Shown here piece by piece: positions 1-11,243 of a stretch of 64,000 nt of DNA; position 1 is the stretch's first letter, and each line of letters opens with the position of its first letter. This stretch comes from a virus: IMG/VR virus record IMGVR_UViG_3300045988_141072, positions 64,001 through 128,000 of that record. One strand, written 5' to 3'. The translations under genes were made by a program, and so were the position numbers. The notes under the pieces were generated by a model that ran no database searches, was not told the DNA's origin, and saw nothing but the letters and a program-made list of their open reading frames with translations.

Positions 1-888
1 GTTGAATGGACTAAACTGTGTAATGACATTAGTCATCGCACCAGAGATGGTATTGGGCTTTCCAAGTAAAATGAAGGCATATGAAGAAGAATTATTTCCA
101 TAGAAATTAGTCGTATAATCTTGTCCTAATGTTAAATCAGTAAATTTAACTTTTTGATGTGTTTTATAATCTGTTAAAAAGTAGGATTGGGAATTATTAA
201 TTGATACTGTTACGTCCCAATCATCATAATATGACTGAATATATTTCATTTTTTCTTTTGGTATATTAAACCCAACTTCCAAATCAAAGTATGGAGCAGT
301 GTCGCTATCTGTCAATGGAGTATAATCTTTATTAATAATGTTGATATTAATAATTTTATGCGAATCGTTTTCTGTAATTGATACATCATTGATAATCGGG
401 ACATAGTTAATTTCCATATCTTGAACTCCGGGGATTATTCCAGACCTGTCACCATTTAACATCGTAACCAAATCATCACAATTGAACGATACTGTATTTT
501 CAGTGGCAGAGTAACTATAACTCGCATCCTGAATTATATATACGCCTAATGGATAGAATTTCATATTCTCAACATAGTGGTTTAAAACCCCAATGTAAGC
601 AATTACAAACTTATTTAGCCACATATTTTTATTGCTGGCAATTTGAAAATTGTCATTTTGTGCATAAAAGGTTGTACTAAAAGTTCTCCGAATATCAGAG
701 GTAGAATCAGATGAATACGAGCCATTTAATAATTCTCCACTGATATCAGCAATTGGTTTGAAAGAAGAGTTAAAGACTTTCTTACCGTTTTCATAATTAT
801 AAATATTAGCAATTTCAAATTTAATCCAAACAGTAGAAACACGAGCCTTCAACATATCAATATCAATCTGTTGTATTTCGTAATTCAT
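1..888 (-). CDS. tail-module structural protein, partial (3' end beyond window start)
   Basis: Not in ORF track because it runs off the window. My translation: ATG at 886-888 (MNYEIQQIDIDMLKARVSTVWIKFEIANIYNYENGKK...), GGAG-type RBS at 891-900, frame open for 296 codons to position 1. Co-directional and tightly packed with 904..1914. Confidence 0.6.
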   Translation of the reverse strand, partial: MNYEIQQIDIDMLKARVSTVWIKFEIANIYNYENGKKVFNSSFKPIADISGELLNGSYSSDSTSDIRRTFSTTFYAQNDNFQIASNKNMWLNKFVIAYIGVLNHYVENMKFYPLGVYIIQDASYSYSATENTVSFNCDDLVTMLNGDRSGIIPGVQDMEINYVPIINDVSITENDSHKIININIINKDYTPLTDSDTAPYFDLEVGFNIPKEKMKYIQSYYDDWDVTVSINNSQSYFLTDYKTHQKVKFTDLTLGQDYTTNFYGNNSSSYAFILLGKPNTISGAMTNVITQFSPFN

Positions 889-903
889 CTCAATCTCCTT
901 TCA

Positions 904-1914
904 CTAATATTTACGTCTAAGAATTTCATCGTACACATTATTAATACTATCATTAATATAATTTTGTAATATGGTTTTATTAATAACGAGCGTATCTGAC
1001 TGATTAGCCTTATCATCAGAAGAATAATAATTAATAAATCCGTTTTCGTATAAATCATTTGTTGATTCTAATGAGCCAATCTCAGACCAATTGAATGTTA
1101 CTATATTCTTAGAAATGTGCTCAGAATCATCTTCTTGAACTTCGCCATTAACTGTTACAATAAAGTTACGTCCGTCATAATATTTAAGAATTTTAGGTTT
1201 TCCATTACACAACCATTCTCGTAAGTATTTTCTATATCTCCATGTTGTATTGTTTGATGTACTATAATCGTAGTCACATATATCTCCCGGCACAAACATA
1301 CCTGTTGCCGTGCCGCTAACATAGTTTTTCTCTCCACCTTTAAAAGCATAAGCATATTTACTGTTAAATGGATTAACAACAGTAGTACCACTATTCTGAG
1401 TAATACCACTTAATTTCGCTTCTAGTATCGTATAAAAAGATATATCTTGATCTTCAATAACTAATCCGTCTAAAGTACATTTAACACTATATTCCGTTGT
1501 TGAGCCAGTTGTTTCAATCCCATACAGCATAGGAACAACCATATATTCATATTCTTCATTAGGAATAGTTGTTTTGTCCGTATAATTAATCTTAACAAAA
1601 TTTTTATCTCGAATAATTTCATTCCCCGGTACATACCCAACGCAATCCCATGCAATATCCGATACTAGTCGTCTTTTTATTAAGAAGGCTGCATCTTGTG
1701 GAGAATCACCTTCTTTAAAGTCAATACCTCCTCCAATGATAGTACCATTAAAAGTAGAATGTAGCTGAATATCATCAGTCCATTCATCAGGATATTCGTC
1801 AAAATAATCAATATCCGAATCACTTGAAAGCACGATTTCATCAAAAATAGCATTTGATAATTTTATACTATCAATGTCTTCTCCAAAAGGAGATTCAATA
1901 AATTCAATTGCCAT
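904..1914 (-). CDS. hypothetical protein, distal tail module
   Basis: 336-aa ORF, ATG preceded by AAAGGAGA RBS, TAG stop. Function inferred only from position downstream of the tape measure. Confidence 0.6.
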   Translation of the reverse strand: MAIEFIESPFGEDIDSIKLSNAIFDEIVLSSDSDIDYFDEYPDEWTDDIQLHSTFNGTIIGGGIDFKEGDSPQDAAFLIKRRLVSDIAWDCVGYVPGNEIIRDKNFVKINYTDKTTIPNEEYEYMVVPMLYGIETTGSTTEYSVKCTLDGLVIEDQDISFYTILEAKLSGITQNSGTTVVNPFNSKYAYAFKGGEKNYVSGTATGMFVPGDICDYDYSTSNNTTWRYRKYLREWLCNGKPKILKYYDGRNFIVTVNGEVQEDDSEHISKNIVTFNWSEIGSLESTNDLYENGFINYYSSDDKANQSDTLVINKTILQNYINDSINNVYDEILRRKY

Positions 1915-1927
1915 AAAAATCTCCTTT

Positions 1928-3385
1928 CTAAATTTCTTTAATTCTTAATGAATAGTTTGAATCTTTTCTTTTTATATTTATCTTAAATTTCTTATTTTCA
2001 TCTATTTTAAATTTTTTGGTCGTAAAATCATAATTCAACGGATACGTTTGGTCAGAAATACACGTATAATGATTATTCTTATCGTGTAAAACAAATCGAA
2101 GAGAAGCAGAATCAACAGCATTGATATACACAGAATCCCCTCTGGTAAATGAATTTGGCTCTATATTAGTCTTTTCGCCATAATTAAATGAAATTACTAT
2201 CTTTTCATTTAAATCTGAACCTGCCTTATTTTTTGGGAAACCAAAACGAATAAAAGAATACTTAGATGTATCATATTCTGTATTAATTTCACTTATAATC
2301 AATGTATTAATCTTGTTATATTCACTATCATAACAATATACCAAAAAGTCCCCATCGTATTTACGAGAAACAGCTATTTTAGGTGGTGCTATACAATAAT
2401 TGGTATCAACATAATATGTACCAGAACTACTTTCCACACATTCAGAAGTACCAGTTACCCACTGAAAATTCTTTAAAATCAATGGATAGTCAATATATTC
2501 TTTAACCATTTCTGTAGACAAGACAATATCATTACCAATCGTCAGAATATCGGTAAACATGTTTTCGAAACATTGAACATTTCTTAATGTAGTAACAACA
2601 TTAAAGTCATCTAACTTGTTATAAAAGGAATACTTAATATATTTATTATTAAGGAGACTAACTTCTTCATTATTAATAAATTCCAGATTATCAGATGATT
2701 TAGTATGCAATCTTAAACACGTTGTATTGATTGTAATATTTCCATCCTTTGTTGGAAAGGCTGATACTGTATTTTTTACTGGTGCGGTATTAGTCCGAAC
2801 AGATACTTTATATATAACTCTTAATTCCATACCATACACAGTTTCACCGATTGCTTCAATATAATAATCAGTGCTATCATTAAGATTTCTAAAAGTATAA
2901 GAAGAATTATCATTGTTATAATAGAAGACTTTACTGCTTTCAATCACCGTAAGTCCAGAAGAATCATATAAATTGAATTTATAGGTTGACAAATCCATTC
3001 CATTTCCTGAATAATCTATTGCAACCGTACAACTCGATGAATTTAGAATAATTCCATCATATAAGTTATTAATCCTAAATAAAGGAGTAGCATAACATTT
3101 CAATATGAATTGTTGACTGGTTTCACTTACTGCAATTCCGTCATAATTAATCATTGTAATTGTTGCGTGATAAGTTGTTCCATTTTTTAGACCGAGTTCT
3201 TTAGCAACTTCGGGAGTGATGATATGATAAGTTGTAGATATTCCAGTTGTATCATGGTATAGCCCGGTTTCAACAATTGTCAACCTATTACCTGCAACTA
3301 AGCCACCATTCCAACTAAAATTAATCGTACAGGTTGATATACCAACATCCCAAGCGGTCAGAGTACCACTAATTATAGGTTTCAA
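1928..3385 (-). CDS. hypothetical tail structural protein
   Basis: 485-aa ORF, TTG start 7 nt after AGGCGGTG, in-frame TGA immediately upstream. Position-based call. Confidence 0.6.
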   Translation of the reverse strand: MKPIISGTLTAWDVGISTCTINFSWNGGLVAGNRLTIVETGLYHDTTGISTTYHIITPEVAKELGLKNGTTYHATITMINYDGIAVSETSQQFILKCYATPLFRINNLYDGIILNSSSCTVAIDYSGNGMDLSTYKFNLYDSSGLTVIESSKVFYYNNDNSSYTFRNLNDSTDYYIEAIGETVYGMELRVIYKVSVRTNTAPVKNTVSAFPTKDGNITINTTCLRLHTKSSDNLEFINNEEVSLLNNKYIKYSFYNKLDDFNVVTTLRNVQCFENMFTDILTIGNDIVLSTEMVKEYIDYPLILKNFQWVTGTSECVESSSGTYYVDTNYCIAPPKIAVSRKYDGDFLVYCYDSEYNKINTLIISEINTEYDTSKYSFIRFGFPKNKAGSDLNEKIVISFNYGEKTNIEPNSFTRGDSVYINAVDSASLRFVLHDKNNHYTCISDQTYPLNYDFTTKKFKIDENKKFKINIKRKDSNYSLRIKEI

Positions 3386-3402
3386 TAATAATCACCGCCT
3401 TT

Positions 3403-3675
3403 CTATGCTCTACTTTCGATATATATTTGATTCCAATTGTTGCGTGGGATTCTAACTCTCACTTTGTTACCAATTGAATAATTTTCTGTAGAAATTATGT
3501 TATATCTGTCTTTTTCAATTATGACAGTATATTTATAGGAAGTGGAAGAAGTTTGTGTTTTGTTAATTATCCTCGTCAAGTATGTTCTATCATAGGGAAG
3601 TTTATTAAGTTTTTCGTTACTTATTATGGTATTAATGGCTTTAATAAGTTCATTCTGTAAATCTTTTGAATCCAC
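3403..3675 (-). CDS. hypothetical protein
   Basis: 90-aa ORF, GTG start after AAGGAGGG RBS, directly downstream of the tape-measure distal half. Confidence 0.55.
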   Translation of the reverse strand: MDSKDLQNELIKAINTIISNEKLNKLPYDRTYLTRIINKTQTSSTSYKYTVIIEKDRYNIISTENYSIGNKVRVRIPRNNWNQIYIESRA

Positions 3676-3733
3676 TAAAAACCCTCCTTTTTAATAAGGC
3701 TGTGCCACATTTCTGCAACACAGCCTATGTTAA

Positions 3734-6700
3734 TTATCTTTTATTTGCTTGTTGATGAGCATATGAACTAAGACCAGCCAACGCATTAAATACATCATTA
3801 GCTTTTGATAAGTCGTTGATATTTGGCAAAGTAACTGTTCCAATAGAAACATTATTATTAACCATTTTATCACCAGTATTTTTAACCAAGTTGCTCATAT
3901 CAGGTATTTGAATATTGTCTAATATCATTTTTGTTGGATTAACACCAAATTTCCACAAGTTATCTGTAATATCATGTGGTAATATCTGGTCACCAGAATT
4001 AAGTAATCTTAACTCAGCACCTCCATCACCAACTATAGACATTCCACCCTTAGCATATTTTGTACCGGTTGCATATTTAGGAACACTGGCTGTAATCTTA
4101 CCATTCTTATCAATAGAAAAAGTAAGACTGTTAAACATTTTCTTGACACTATCTGACATTCCCTCAGTCATTCCCTTAGTTACAGCTCTAACTGCTTCAT
4201 CCACGGTCTTATACAGAGGTTTGCCATTTTCGTCAAAGAAGTTTACATCATCTTTGTGGTCATTTAGCCAATCTAAAATCTTGTTTAACGTATCGAGTTG
4301 TTCCTGATTATAATAGTCGTCAAGATTGTCTTGTGCTTCCTTAACTGCACTATTATCAGCCTCATAATTAAAACCATAATCCTCGTGATAGATTAAATTC
4401 TTTTTATTTTGTTTAGCACTCTGTAATGCCTGTTGAAGTTTTTCAAGTTCAATGGCTTTAGACTGAGCATCATTAAGGTCATTAATTTTGTCAATTAAAT
4501 CCTGAATTGAATTAATCCAAGGTGTCAACAAATCGTCATAGTTGTTCTCAATTTCTGCCTGTTTGTCAAGAATATCTCCGTCAAGACCATCAACTTCTTG
4601 AAGTTTATCCCGAAGTCCATCCCATGAATCAAAAGTCTTTTTAGAGATACCAAGTTTGCTGATACTCTTATAAAATTGGTCAACAGTAATAGTACCTTCA
4701 CGCATTCCTTCATACAAAGCCTTAAACTGCTTCTTCTGAGAAGAATTCAATCCTTTGTCTGATAACGTTTTGTTAATTTGACTCCATTTTTCATCACGTT
4801 CTTTTTTAAGCTGAGATAACCCATTAAGACCGATGGAAATCTGTTTTGTGATTTGCGATTCGTTTTTAGTATGTCCCTGTGACTCCCAGAATGAGATTAT
4901 CTTTTCATAGCGACTAGAAATAGCGTCAAGAACATTTTTAAACTTCTCGAGATTTTGATACGGTAATTCAGATATTGACTTATTCCATTCTAACTGGTTT
5001 TTCTCAGCATCGGATATATTTTTATCAATATCCCGAATTTTCTGCTTAATATCCTGATATTCATCTGAAGTCTTTGCGATATTATTGTTTTTGAGATATG
5101 CCTGATATGCCTTTTTCTCCTGATTCCATTTGTTAATCTGTTTCTTAGAATTAGAGATTTCTTCCTTATAATCACTCTTGGTTGCAGCAAAACCTTTTGT
5201 CTCATTTTTGTCAATTCGACTCTGTGTTTTATCTGCTTCATATTGTAACAAATCTAAATCGTCTTCTAAGTCAGAAATATCATCTTCCAATTGTTTTTTG
5301 ATAAGTTCACGTTTATTTTGTTTTGTTTCTGTAATGTTGTCTCTAGCACTAGTATACTTATCCCAATATTCCTGATAACTGTCGATTGCATCCAATACAG
5401 ATTTTTGTGACTTTTTACTTTTTCCCTTTTTAGCAGACTCTTTAATTGTTTGGATCGAATAATCACCGCTCTGAATCTTCTTTTTTAAATCAGAAGAAAG
5501 ATTAATGCTGTCGAGTTTTTTCTTGTATTTCTTTGCAGCTATTTCATATCCGTGTAATAAATCATCATACTGTTTTTTCGCCTGTTTAAATAAACCGTTT
5601 TTAGTTTTCTTAGAAGCGTAATCGTTTATCTTGTCAACAGTCTTCTTAACTTTATCTTCTAATCGTTTTAAACGAACCTCAATCCAATCAAACACTTTGT
5701 TAGAGGAAGAAGAATCAGAACCAGAACCAGAGCCAGTTACTTTGGGAAGAGAAAGGTCAATATCAATTTTTGTTTTAGTCTTTTTGCCCTTTTTATTTAA
5801 TTTGTTGCCAACTTGATCCTTTGCCATCTTTTTAGAATATTCGTCAACGGTCATTCCATTAGCTCTTGCAGCTGCTTCTAAACTCGAACCCTGATATTTA
5901 GAAGGATTGTTGTTTACATCTTGTAACAAACTAATATTATTAGCAGCAATTCCAGCAGCTTTAGCAATGTTATTTAACTGTTCTATGGTTTGGGTAGCGT
6001 CTAAATCTGACCAATTGGTTGTTTGATAAGCAAGTTTCGCAAGTTCAATTCTTGCCTTTTTAGAACCATTAGCTTCGCCAAGTAACATAGCAATATCAGT
6101 ACCCGACATTTCTGCCAACTCTTCGCCACTTTTAACAGTTTTCTTTTGTTCTTTGCTAAGAGCAGAATATGCAAGATTTAAACTTTTTGCTTTATTTTCA
6201 AGTTGAGTAGTAACAACTTCCTGTGCATTCTTTATACCTAAATCTTTTAACTGACTTGTATAATAATCCTTGTTTTCTTCTGTAAGCTGAGATAAGAAGT
6301 TGTTAGAATTAACGTATTCACTTGCAAGTTTATTCTGTGCTTCCTGACAGTCTGTAAGAGCAGAAGTAGTAGAACCAAGTGTGTTTTTAAATTCATTCCA
6401 AGACTTAAGTTTACCAAATTCAGGTTCCATACCGCTAAGAGTATCTGCACCGGCAACACCATTATCACGCTTATCGGCATATGCATCCTGAATTGATTTA
6501 ATGCTTGATTTAAGGGAATTTAACTGTTTGGAGCTATCAACCAAATCATTGATTTTCTTAATTGCAACATCAGCATCAATTCCTATTTGTGATAACCAAG
6601 TTTTTGCACCTTCTGTTGCTTCAAAGGTTTTCCTTGTAAGTTTACCTGATTCAGCAAGAGTAGTAAGGTCTTTCTTGGTATTTTTCATACCGGAATCATC

Positions 6701-8755
6701 GTCTGCGTTATCAAGGTCTGACCATGCATTCGCAAATTGCCTTTTTGCATCTATCTGTGATTGTTTAACAAATCTTTCTCTTAAATTTTTAAGTAATGTA
6801 TCACTTATATCTTTTTTAGCAATTTGAATAGCTCCGTCTTCACCAGAGAAGTGCATAAGACGACCAACAACTTCTGCCCAATTTCCATTGTTATCATAAT
6901 CTTGACTTGCACTAATAGCTGCATAAATACCATGTACAAAAGTATCACCAATTTTCATACCTTGAGCATCAAGTTTCTTTAATTCGTCATCTGAAACTTT
7001 ACCATCATCAGCGTATGCTTTTTGTAAAATAGTGTTAATATACTTTTCAACAGTGTCTTTTGATAAGAAAGTTCCATCGGGAAGAATAGGAGTAAATGCA
7101 ACCTCCCAACCATTACCATCTAAGTTTTCTCCAAAACGATCAGAACCACCAAATACAGTATCAATAGAGCCTACTTCTGGATTATAATCCCAACTTGCTA
7201 ATGCATCAGCATAAGTTTGTTTAAGCTCATCTGACCAATGGATAATTGTACGCTTATCCATATCAACGTTACCAAATTGCGATAATTTGTTTTTCTTAAT
7301 TGCATCTGCATAATCATCAAGTCCCCAATCAGAAATTTTCTGATATTCATCTTCGAGATTTTGTTGTGCTTCCTCAAATTTTTTTATTTGCTTTTGGGTA
7401 GCATTATTCTTAAAATCATTAATTATATTCTCGTCTATATTAGAAAAATCGGTTATGCTTTCTATTTCTTCATATTTTTTTAAAAGTTTCTGATAGTGCT
7501 TAGATTTTGTTGAAGCATATTCATTAACAGTGTCATCCAAACTATCTTGTGATTTTTTAGAACCTTCATCTATTCCGGAAAATAAATCATCAAAAACAGC
7601 CTTTCCACCGGATACAGTTTTGTTAATATCCTTAACCTTGTTTTTTACTGCGTTAAGATTTTTCTTTGCCGATTCGACACCTTTTCCTGAAGCTAATGCT
7701 TTATTATATTTTTCAACAGCATTTGTAGCTTCGTTATACATTTCTCTGGTGTCATCTCTTGACAAGATTTCTGCTTCGGCATATTTTTTTACATTATTTT
7801 TTGCCTTATTAATCTTGTCTTGATCAAAATCTGAGTCATTCTTTAAATCAGTAATCGTAGATTTATAAGAAGCTTTATATTTTAAATCAGAATTAGAAAT
7901 ATCATCAAAAAGGTTAGTCAATTGTTCTAAAATTTGTTCACGAGTTCCATTTGTATCAAGTCCGTAAAATCCATTTTCCGCACGATAAAATCCTAGATTT
8001 TTATACTTACTTACAATTTTTTCAAGCTTTGATATTTCAGAATCGTCAATCTTTCTTGTAACTCCCAAAACTGTGGATCTAATTAGTTCTTCATTTAAAT
8101 ACTTTTTATCTTCTTTGATATTATTATAGTTAGTAGAAACATAATCACTAGCTTTTTTCTTTGAAATTTTCTCTAGTTTACCTAGTTGCTCATCATATTT
8201 TCCATTAACTAAATCAAGTTTTTCAGCTTCATCACCATATTTTTCATTTAACTCATCTTGTATTTGAGTTAACTGTTCTTTGGTTGTTTTTATTTCTTCA
8301 TTAGAAAGAGAAGAATCTGCTAATTTGGTTTTTAATTCCTTATATTTAGATATAGATTCATCAAGTGAAGAATTTTCTTCATTCCAAGATTCGGTGAGCT
8401 CATTAGATTTTTCACGAGCTTTTTCCGATGCATGAACTAGATTATCTATTCCGGTTACAACTAGACTAATAACTTCTCCGATAGCCCATGCAGCAATCAT
8501 GTTTCCTGCCATGGATAATGCTTTCATACCAACGGACGCAGCTTTGGCACCAATAGTCATTTGTTTTAATCCGTTATTATAAGCAATAGCCGATTGTTTT
8601 GCTGCATTCTGAGCATTTTTTACATCATCAAGAGATACTTTTGTTAAGTTATTTTCTTGAACAAATCTTGATTGCCATTTTTCGCCTTCTTTTAATCCAT
8701 TAAAATAATCTTGCCAACTGCTTTGATTTGCATCTACTAATTTTTTCTGTGTCAA
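3734..8755 (-). CDS. tail tape measure protein, distal (C-terminal) portion. The annotated TTG start has no RBS and the frame is open upstream to 9043
   Basis: 1673-aa coiled-coil-rich ORF with hydrophobic segment (GAKAASVGMKALSMAGNMIAAWAIGEVISLVVTG) and typical C-terminal GGMSIVGDGGAELRLLNSGDQILPH region. See finding on split gene. Confidence 0.7.
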   Translation of the reverse strand: MTQKKLVDANQSSWQDYFNGLKEGEKWQSRFVQENNLTKVSLDDVKNAQNAAKQSAIAYNNGLKQMTIGAKAASVGMKALSMAGNMIAAWAIGEVISLVVTGIDNLVHASEKAREKSNELTESWNEENSSLDESISKYKELKTKLADSSLSNEEIKTTKEQLTQIQDELNEKYGDEAEKLDLVNGKYDEQLGKLEKISKKKASDYVSTNYNNIKEDKKYLNEELIRSTVLGVTRKIDDSEISKLEKIVSKYKNLGFYRAENGFYGLDTNGTREQILEQLTNLFDDISNSDLKYKASYKSTITDLKNDSDFDQDKINKAKNNVKKYAEAEILSRDDTREMYNEATNAVEKYNKALASGKGVESAKKNLNAVKNKVKDINKTVSGGKAVFDDLFSGIDEGSKKSQDSLDDTVNEYASTKSKHYQKLLKKYEEIESITDFSNIDENIINDFKNNATQKQIKKFEEAQQNLEDEYQKISDWGLDDYADAIKKNKLSQFGNVDMDKRTIIHWSDELKQTYADALASWDYNPEVGSIDTVFGGSDRFGENLDGNGWEVAFTPILPDGTFLSKDTVEKYINTILQKAYADDGKVSDDELKKLDAQGMKIGDTFVHGIYAAISASQDYDNNGNWAEVVGRLMHFSGEDGAIQIAKKDISDTLLKNLRERFVKQSQIDAKRQFANAWSDLDNADDDSGMKNTKKDLTTLAESGKLTRKTFEATEGAKTWLSQIGIDADVAIKKINDLVDSSKQLNSLKSSIKSIQDAYADKRDNGVAGADTLSGMEPEFGKLKSWNEFKNTLGSTTSALTDCQEAQNKLASEYVNSNNFLSQLTEENKDYYTSQLKDLGIKNAQEVVTTQLENKAKSLNLAYSALSKEQKKTVKSGEELAEMSGTDIAMLLGEANGSKKARIELAKLAYQTTNWSDLDATQTIEQLNNIAKAAGIAANNISLLQDVNNNPSKYQGSSLEAAARANGMTVDEYSKKMAKDQVGNKLNKKGKKTKTKIDIDLSLPKVTGSGSGSDSSSSNKVFDWIEVRLKRLEDKVKKTVDKINDYASKKTKNGLFKQAKKQYDDLLHGYEIAAKKYKKKLDSINLSSDLKKKIQSGDYSIQTIKESAKKGKSKKSQKSVLDAIDSYQEYWDKYTSARDNITETKQNKRELIKKQLEDDISDLEDDLDLLQYEADKTQSRIDKNETKGFAATKSDYKEEISNSKKQINKWNQEKKAYQAYLKNNNIAKTSDEYQDIKQKIRDIDKNISDAEKNQLEWNKSISELPYQNLEKFKNVLDAISSRYEKIISFWESQGHTKNESQITKQISIGLNGLSQLKKERDEKWSQINKTLSDKGLNSSQKKQFKALYEGMREGTITVDQFYKSISKLGISKKTFDSWDGLRDKLQEVDGLDGDILDKQAEIENNYDDLLTPWINSIQDLIDKINDLNDAQSKAIELEKLQQALQSAKQNKKNLIYHEDYGFNYEADNSAVKEAQDNLDDYYNQEQLDTLNKILDWLNDHKDDVNFFDENGKPLYKTVDEAVRAVTKGMTEGMSDSVKKMFNSLTFSIDKNGKITASVPKYATGTKYAKGGMSIVGDGGAELRLLNSGDQILPHDITDNLWKFGVNPTKMILDNIQIPDMSNLVKNTGDKMVNNNVSIGTVTLPNINDLSKANDVFNALAGLSSYAHQQANKR

Positions 8756-9119
8756 AAGTCCATTTAAAATGTCATCTGGATTTTGTTCGTATACAGATAA
8801 ATCTTTTAATTTATCTTGTATATCAGATTTAGTAATAATAAATTTATCACTTAGGTCTTTTTTAATAGAAGAATTTTTCCACGCATTTGCAATATTAGAA
8901 ATTGTATAATCATTTGTTGCGATTAATTCTTCTGAGACTTTTTTAAACCTATTGCCAATATCTTCAAACGATTTTCCAAATATACCAAACTGAGATGAAA
9001 ATGTATCTTTATCACTGTCAAATGTTTTGAATATCGTACTATATTAATACAAGCTGTTTGAAGACTTGTTGAATTTAATTATATGTGATACAATTTTCAT
9101 AAATTGGAGGTGTGCAATC

Positions 9120-9602
9120 ATGTTAATGTATTGTAAAAAATGTGGAAGAGTATGGATAAAATTTGGTACTGAAAAAGACAATTGTGATATATGTGATTCA
9201 ATTTGTTATCCTGTGCCAGATAAGTATTTATTGGTCTGGAATGGAGAAATTTATAAAAATAATTTGAATGAAAGCAAAAAAGATCAATTCATAGAAGAAT
9301 GCGTAAAATCTTCGCCAGAATTTGATGAATATCTCTTTAATAATCGAGACAGAACCAAAGCACAAAAATCTGCTGAATATGAACGAGATTTGGCTATCGG
9401 TGATGCAATACGTCAAGGTGCAGATGTTAAAACAGCTTTTCGTAATGGTGGACAAAATATTCCTAAATGTCCTACCTGTGGTTCGACAAATATTCAAAAA
9501 ATCTCCACCACAAGGAGATTGGTAACTACAGGTTTATTTGGATTAGCAAGCAGTAATGTTGGTAAAACTATGCTTTGTAAAAATTGTGGTTACAAGTGGT
9601 AA
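9120..9602 (+). CDS. double zinc-ribbon protein
   Basis: ATG 8 nt after GGAGG (9107-9111). CKKCG...CDICD at N-terminus and CPTCG...CKNCG at C-terminus. Confidence 0.65.
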   Translation: MLMYCKKCGRVWIKFGTEKDNCDICDSICYPVPDKYLLVWNGEIYKNNLNESKKDQFIEECVKSSPEFDEYLFNNRDRTKAQKSAEYERDLAIGDAIRQGADVKTAFRNGGQNIPKCPTCGSTNIQKISTTRRLVTTGLFGLASSNVGKTMLCKNCGYKW

Positions 9603-9693
9603 ACAATATCGAATGCATGTTCAGGCTATCCTCATTTGGTAATTAGTGGTAAAATATTCCTATAAAAATAATGTACAGAGGAGGAAGTTTACT

Positions 9694-9999
9694 ATGACAA
9701 CTAATGAACAATGTATGAAAGATATTCTTACTTTCATTGACGAAAACACAAGCGTAAAAGTTAGGACATCTAGCAATAATGATATTGAATTGCGAGCACC
9801 TGGAATTTCATCAATATTAACAGCTTTGAGCAAAGATAATAAATATTCTATTGAAGAAGTTGCTTTTAATCTTGTAAAATGTGATAAATTACATCTTATA
9901 GATGCAAACTTATATACTCAAGGGAATACTATTAAATCTGCTCAAAGTGATATTTATGGTATTACATGTTACGGAGAACAATTTATCAAAGAAAAATAA
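9694..9999 (+). CDS. DUF2513/YjcQ-like small winged-helix protein
   Basis: ATG after AGAGGAGGAA RBS. C-terminal ...ITCYGEQFIKEK resembles the GHDFL motif of DUF2513; paralog of 11244..11684. Confidence 0.45.
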   Translation: MTTNEQCMKDILTFIDENTSVKVRTSSNNDIELRAPGISSILTALSKDNKYSIEEVAFNLVKCDKLHLIDANLYTQGNTIKSAQSDIYGITCYGEQFIKEK

Positions 10000-10025
10000 T
10001 CTACTTTTATGTTTTTATCGGTGTT

Positions 10026-10208
10026 TTAAATTTCTGATTCATCATCAGGAAATCTTAAATATCCTGTACATTTTAAGCGATCAAGTGAATTATTTAAAAA
10101 GACTACGGCTTGGAAATAATCCAAGTCGTTTTCTTTGAATAACAATAATAATCCACTATATAATTGTTCTATTTTTTCATGAGTACCAATACTTAATTTA
10201 TTGTTCAT
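10026..10208 (-). CDS. hypothetical small protein
   Basis: 60-aa MNNKLSIGTHEKIEQLY..., ATG after GAGGTGA RBS. The longer track ORF lacks an RBS. Confidence 0.45.
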   Translation of the reverse strand: MNNKLSIGTHEKIEQLYSGLLLLFKENDLDYFQAVVFLNNSLDRLKCTGYLRFPDDESEI

Positions 10209-10272
10209 AATTATCACCTCATAATAAATTGCTAAAGAGTATACAAAGTCGAAATAGAATAGGAGAACTAAT

Positions 10273-10710
10273 ATGTTATCAGATGAACAATTACAAAGAT
10301 TATCTGAAATCATAAGTTCAGCAGAATACAAAAATTATACAGCCAGCCAGATAAAGGAACAGACATATAAAAATCTAAAACAAAATAATATTCCAGATTT
10401 TGAAAATCCAATAGTAACAGAATTAAAAACTGCTAACAGTAAGATTGATGAATTATCAGAACAGTTGGATTATTCATATACACAACTTAAACAAGCAAAT
10501 GATAAAATTTCTTCTCAGAATTTATATATAAAAGAGTTGAAATCTGATTTAAAAGAAGAAACTGAGAAAAGAGTAATTGCCGAAAATAAGTTGGGTAGTA
10601 AAGATTGGAAAACTGCACTGATTTCGTTTGGGTTTGCTTTACTTGTTTTGATAATAGAACATTGGAAAGACATTTTAACTTTTATACTATCCCTAATACA
10701 CGCAAGATAG
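10273..10710 (+). CDS. coiled-coil protein with C-terminal transmembrane segment
   Basis: 145-aa ORF after AGGAGAA RBS. C-terminal WKTALISFGFALLVLIIEHW hydrophobic helix. Confidence 0.55.
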   Translation: MLSDEQLQRLSEIISSAEYKNYTASQIKEQTYKNLKQNNIPDFENPIVTELKTANSKIDELSEQLDYSYTQLKQANDKISSQNLYIKELKSDLKEETEKRVIAENKLGSKDWKTALISFGFALLVLIIEHWKDILTFILSLIHAR

Positions 10711-10819
10711 TAATCCCAACACAATACCCTAAAATAGTTCCTATACCTTGGAAAAATATTTGTCGTTTTATTTCTTTAGACATATTGACTCCTTTCTTTG
10801 AAATAAATACTGTCATTCA

Positions 10820-10936
10820 ATGAACACTTCTAAAATTGGCACAGTAAGTCGTATGATTTCGACCACTATGTTCGGATTAGCAAGTAAGAAAATGGGTAAA
10901 CAATGGCACTGTAATAGCTGTAAGAGTGATTTTTAA
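10820..10936 (+). pseudogene. 38-codon remnant paralogous to the C-terminus of the 9120..9602 zinc-ribbon protein
   Basis: SRMISTTMFGLASKKMGKQWHCNSCKSDF versus ISTTRRLVTTGLFGLASSNVGKTMLCKNCGYKW. No RBS, N-terminal CxxC missing. Confidence 0.3.
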
Positions 10937-10969
10937 AAATAGAATAATTCACTTAAACATATGTTCCGA

Positions 10970-11185
10970 CTAACAAAATCCATCAACATGATTTAATGCC
11001 ATTACAACATCGTTATCAACATGGTTCGTTTTATGACCACTAAAATAATCATCATATATTGCATATTCTAATTCATTACGTTGTTCCTTAAACTTATCAG
11101 TGAGAAGCGTAAGAATTTCTTCGACTTCAGAATATGTACATTTGTGATTTTTTAGCATTTGAGAAATTTCAACTGAGAGATACAT
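10970..11185 (-). CDS. hypothetical small protein
   Basis: 72-aa MYLSVEISQMLKNHKCTYSEVEEIL.... The upstream part of the track ORF overlaps the RBS of 11244..11684. Weak RBS. Confidence 0.35.
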   Translation of the reverse strand: MYLSVEISQMLKNHKCTYSEVEEILTLLTDKFKEQRNELEYAIYDDYFSGHKTNHVDNDVVMALNHVDGFC

Positions 11186-11243
11186 TGTTTTTGAGATATA
11201 TTTATTATCCAATTTATCACATCCTTTCAATGGAGGTATACTA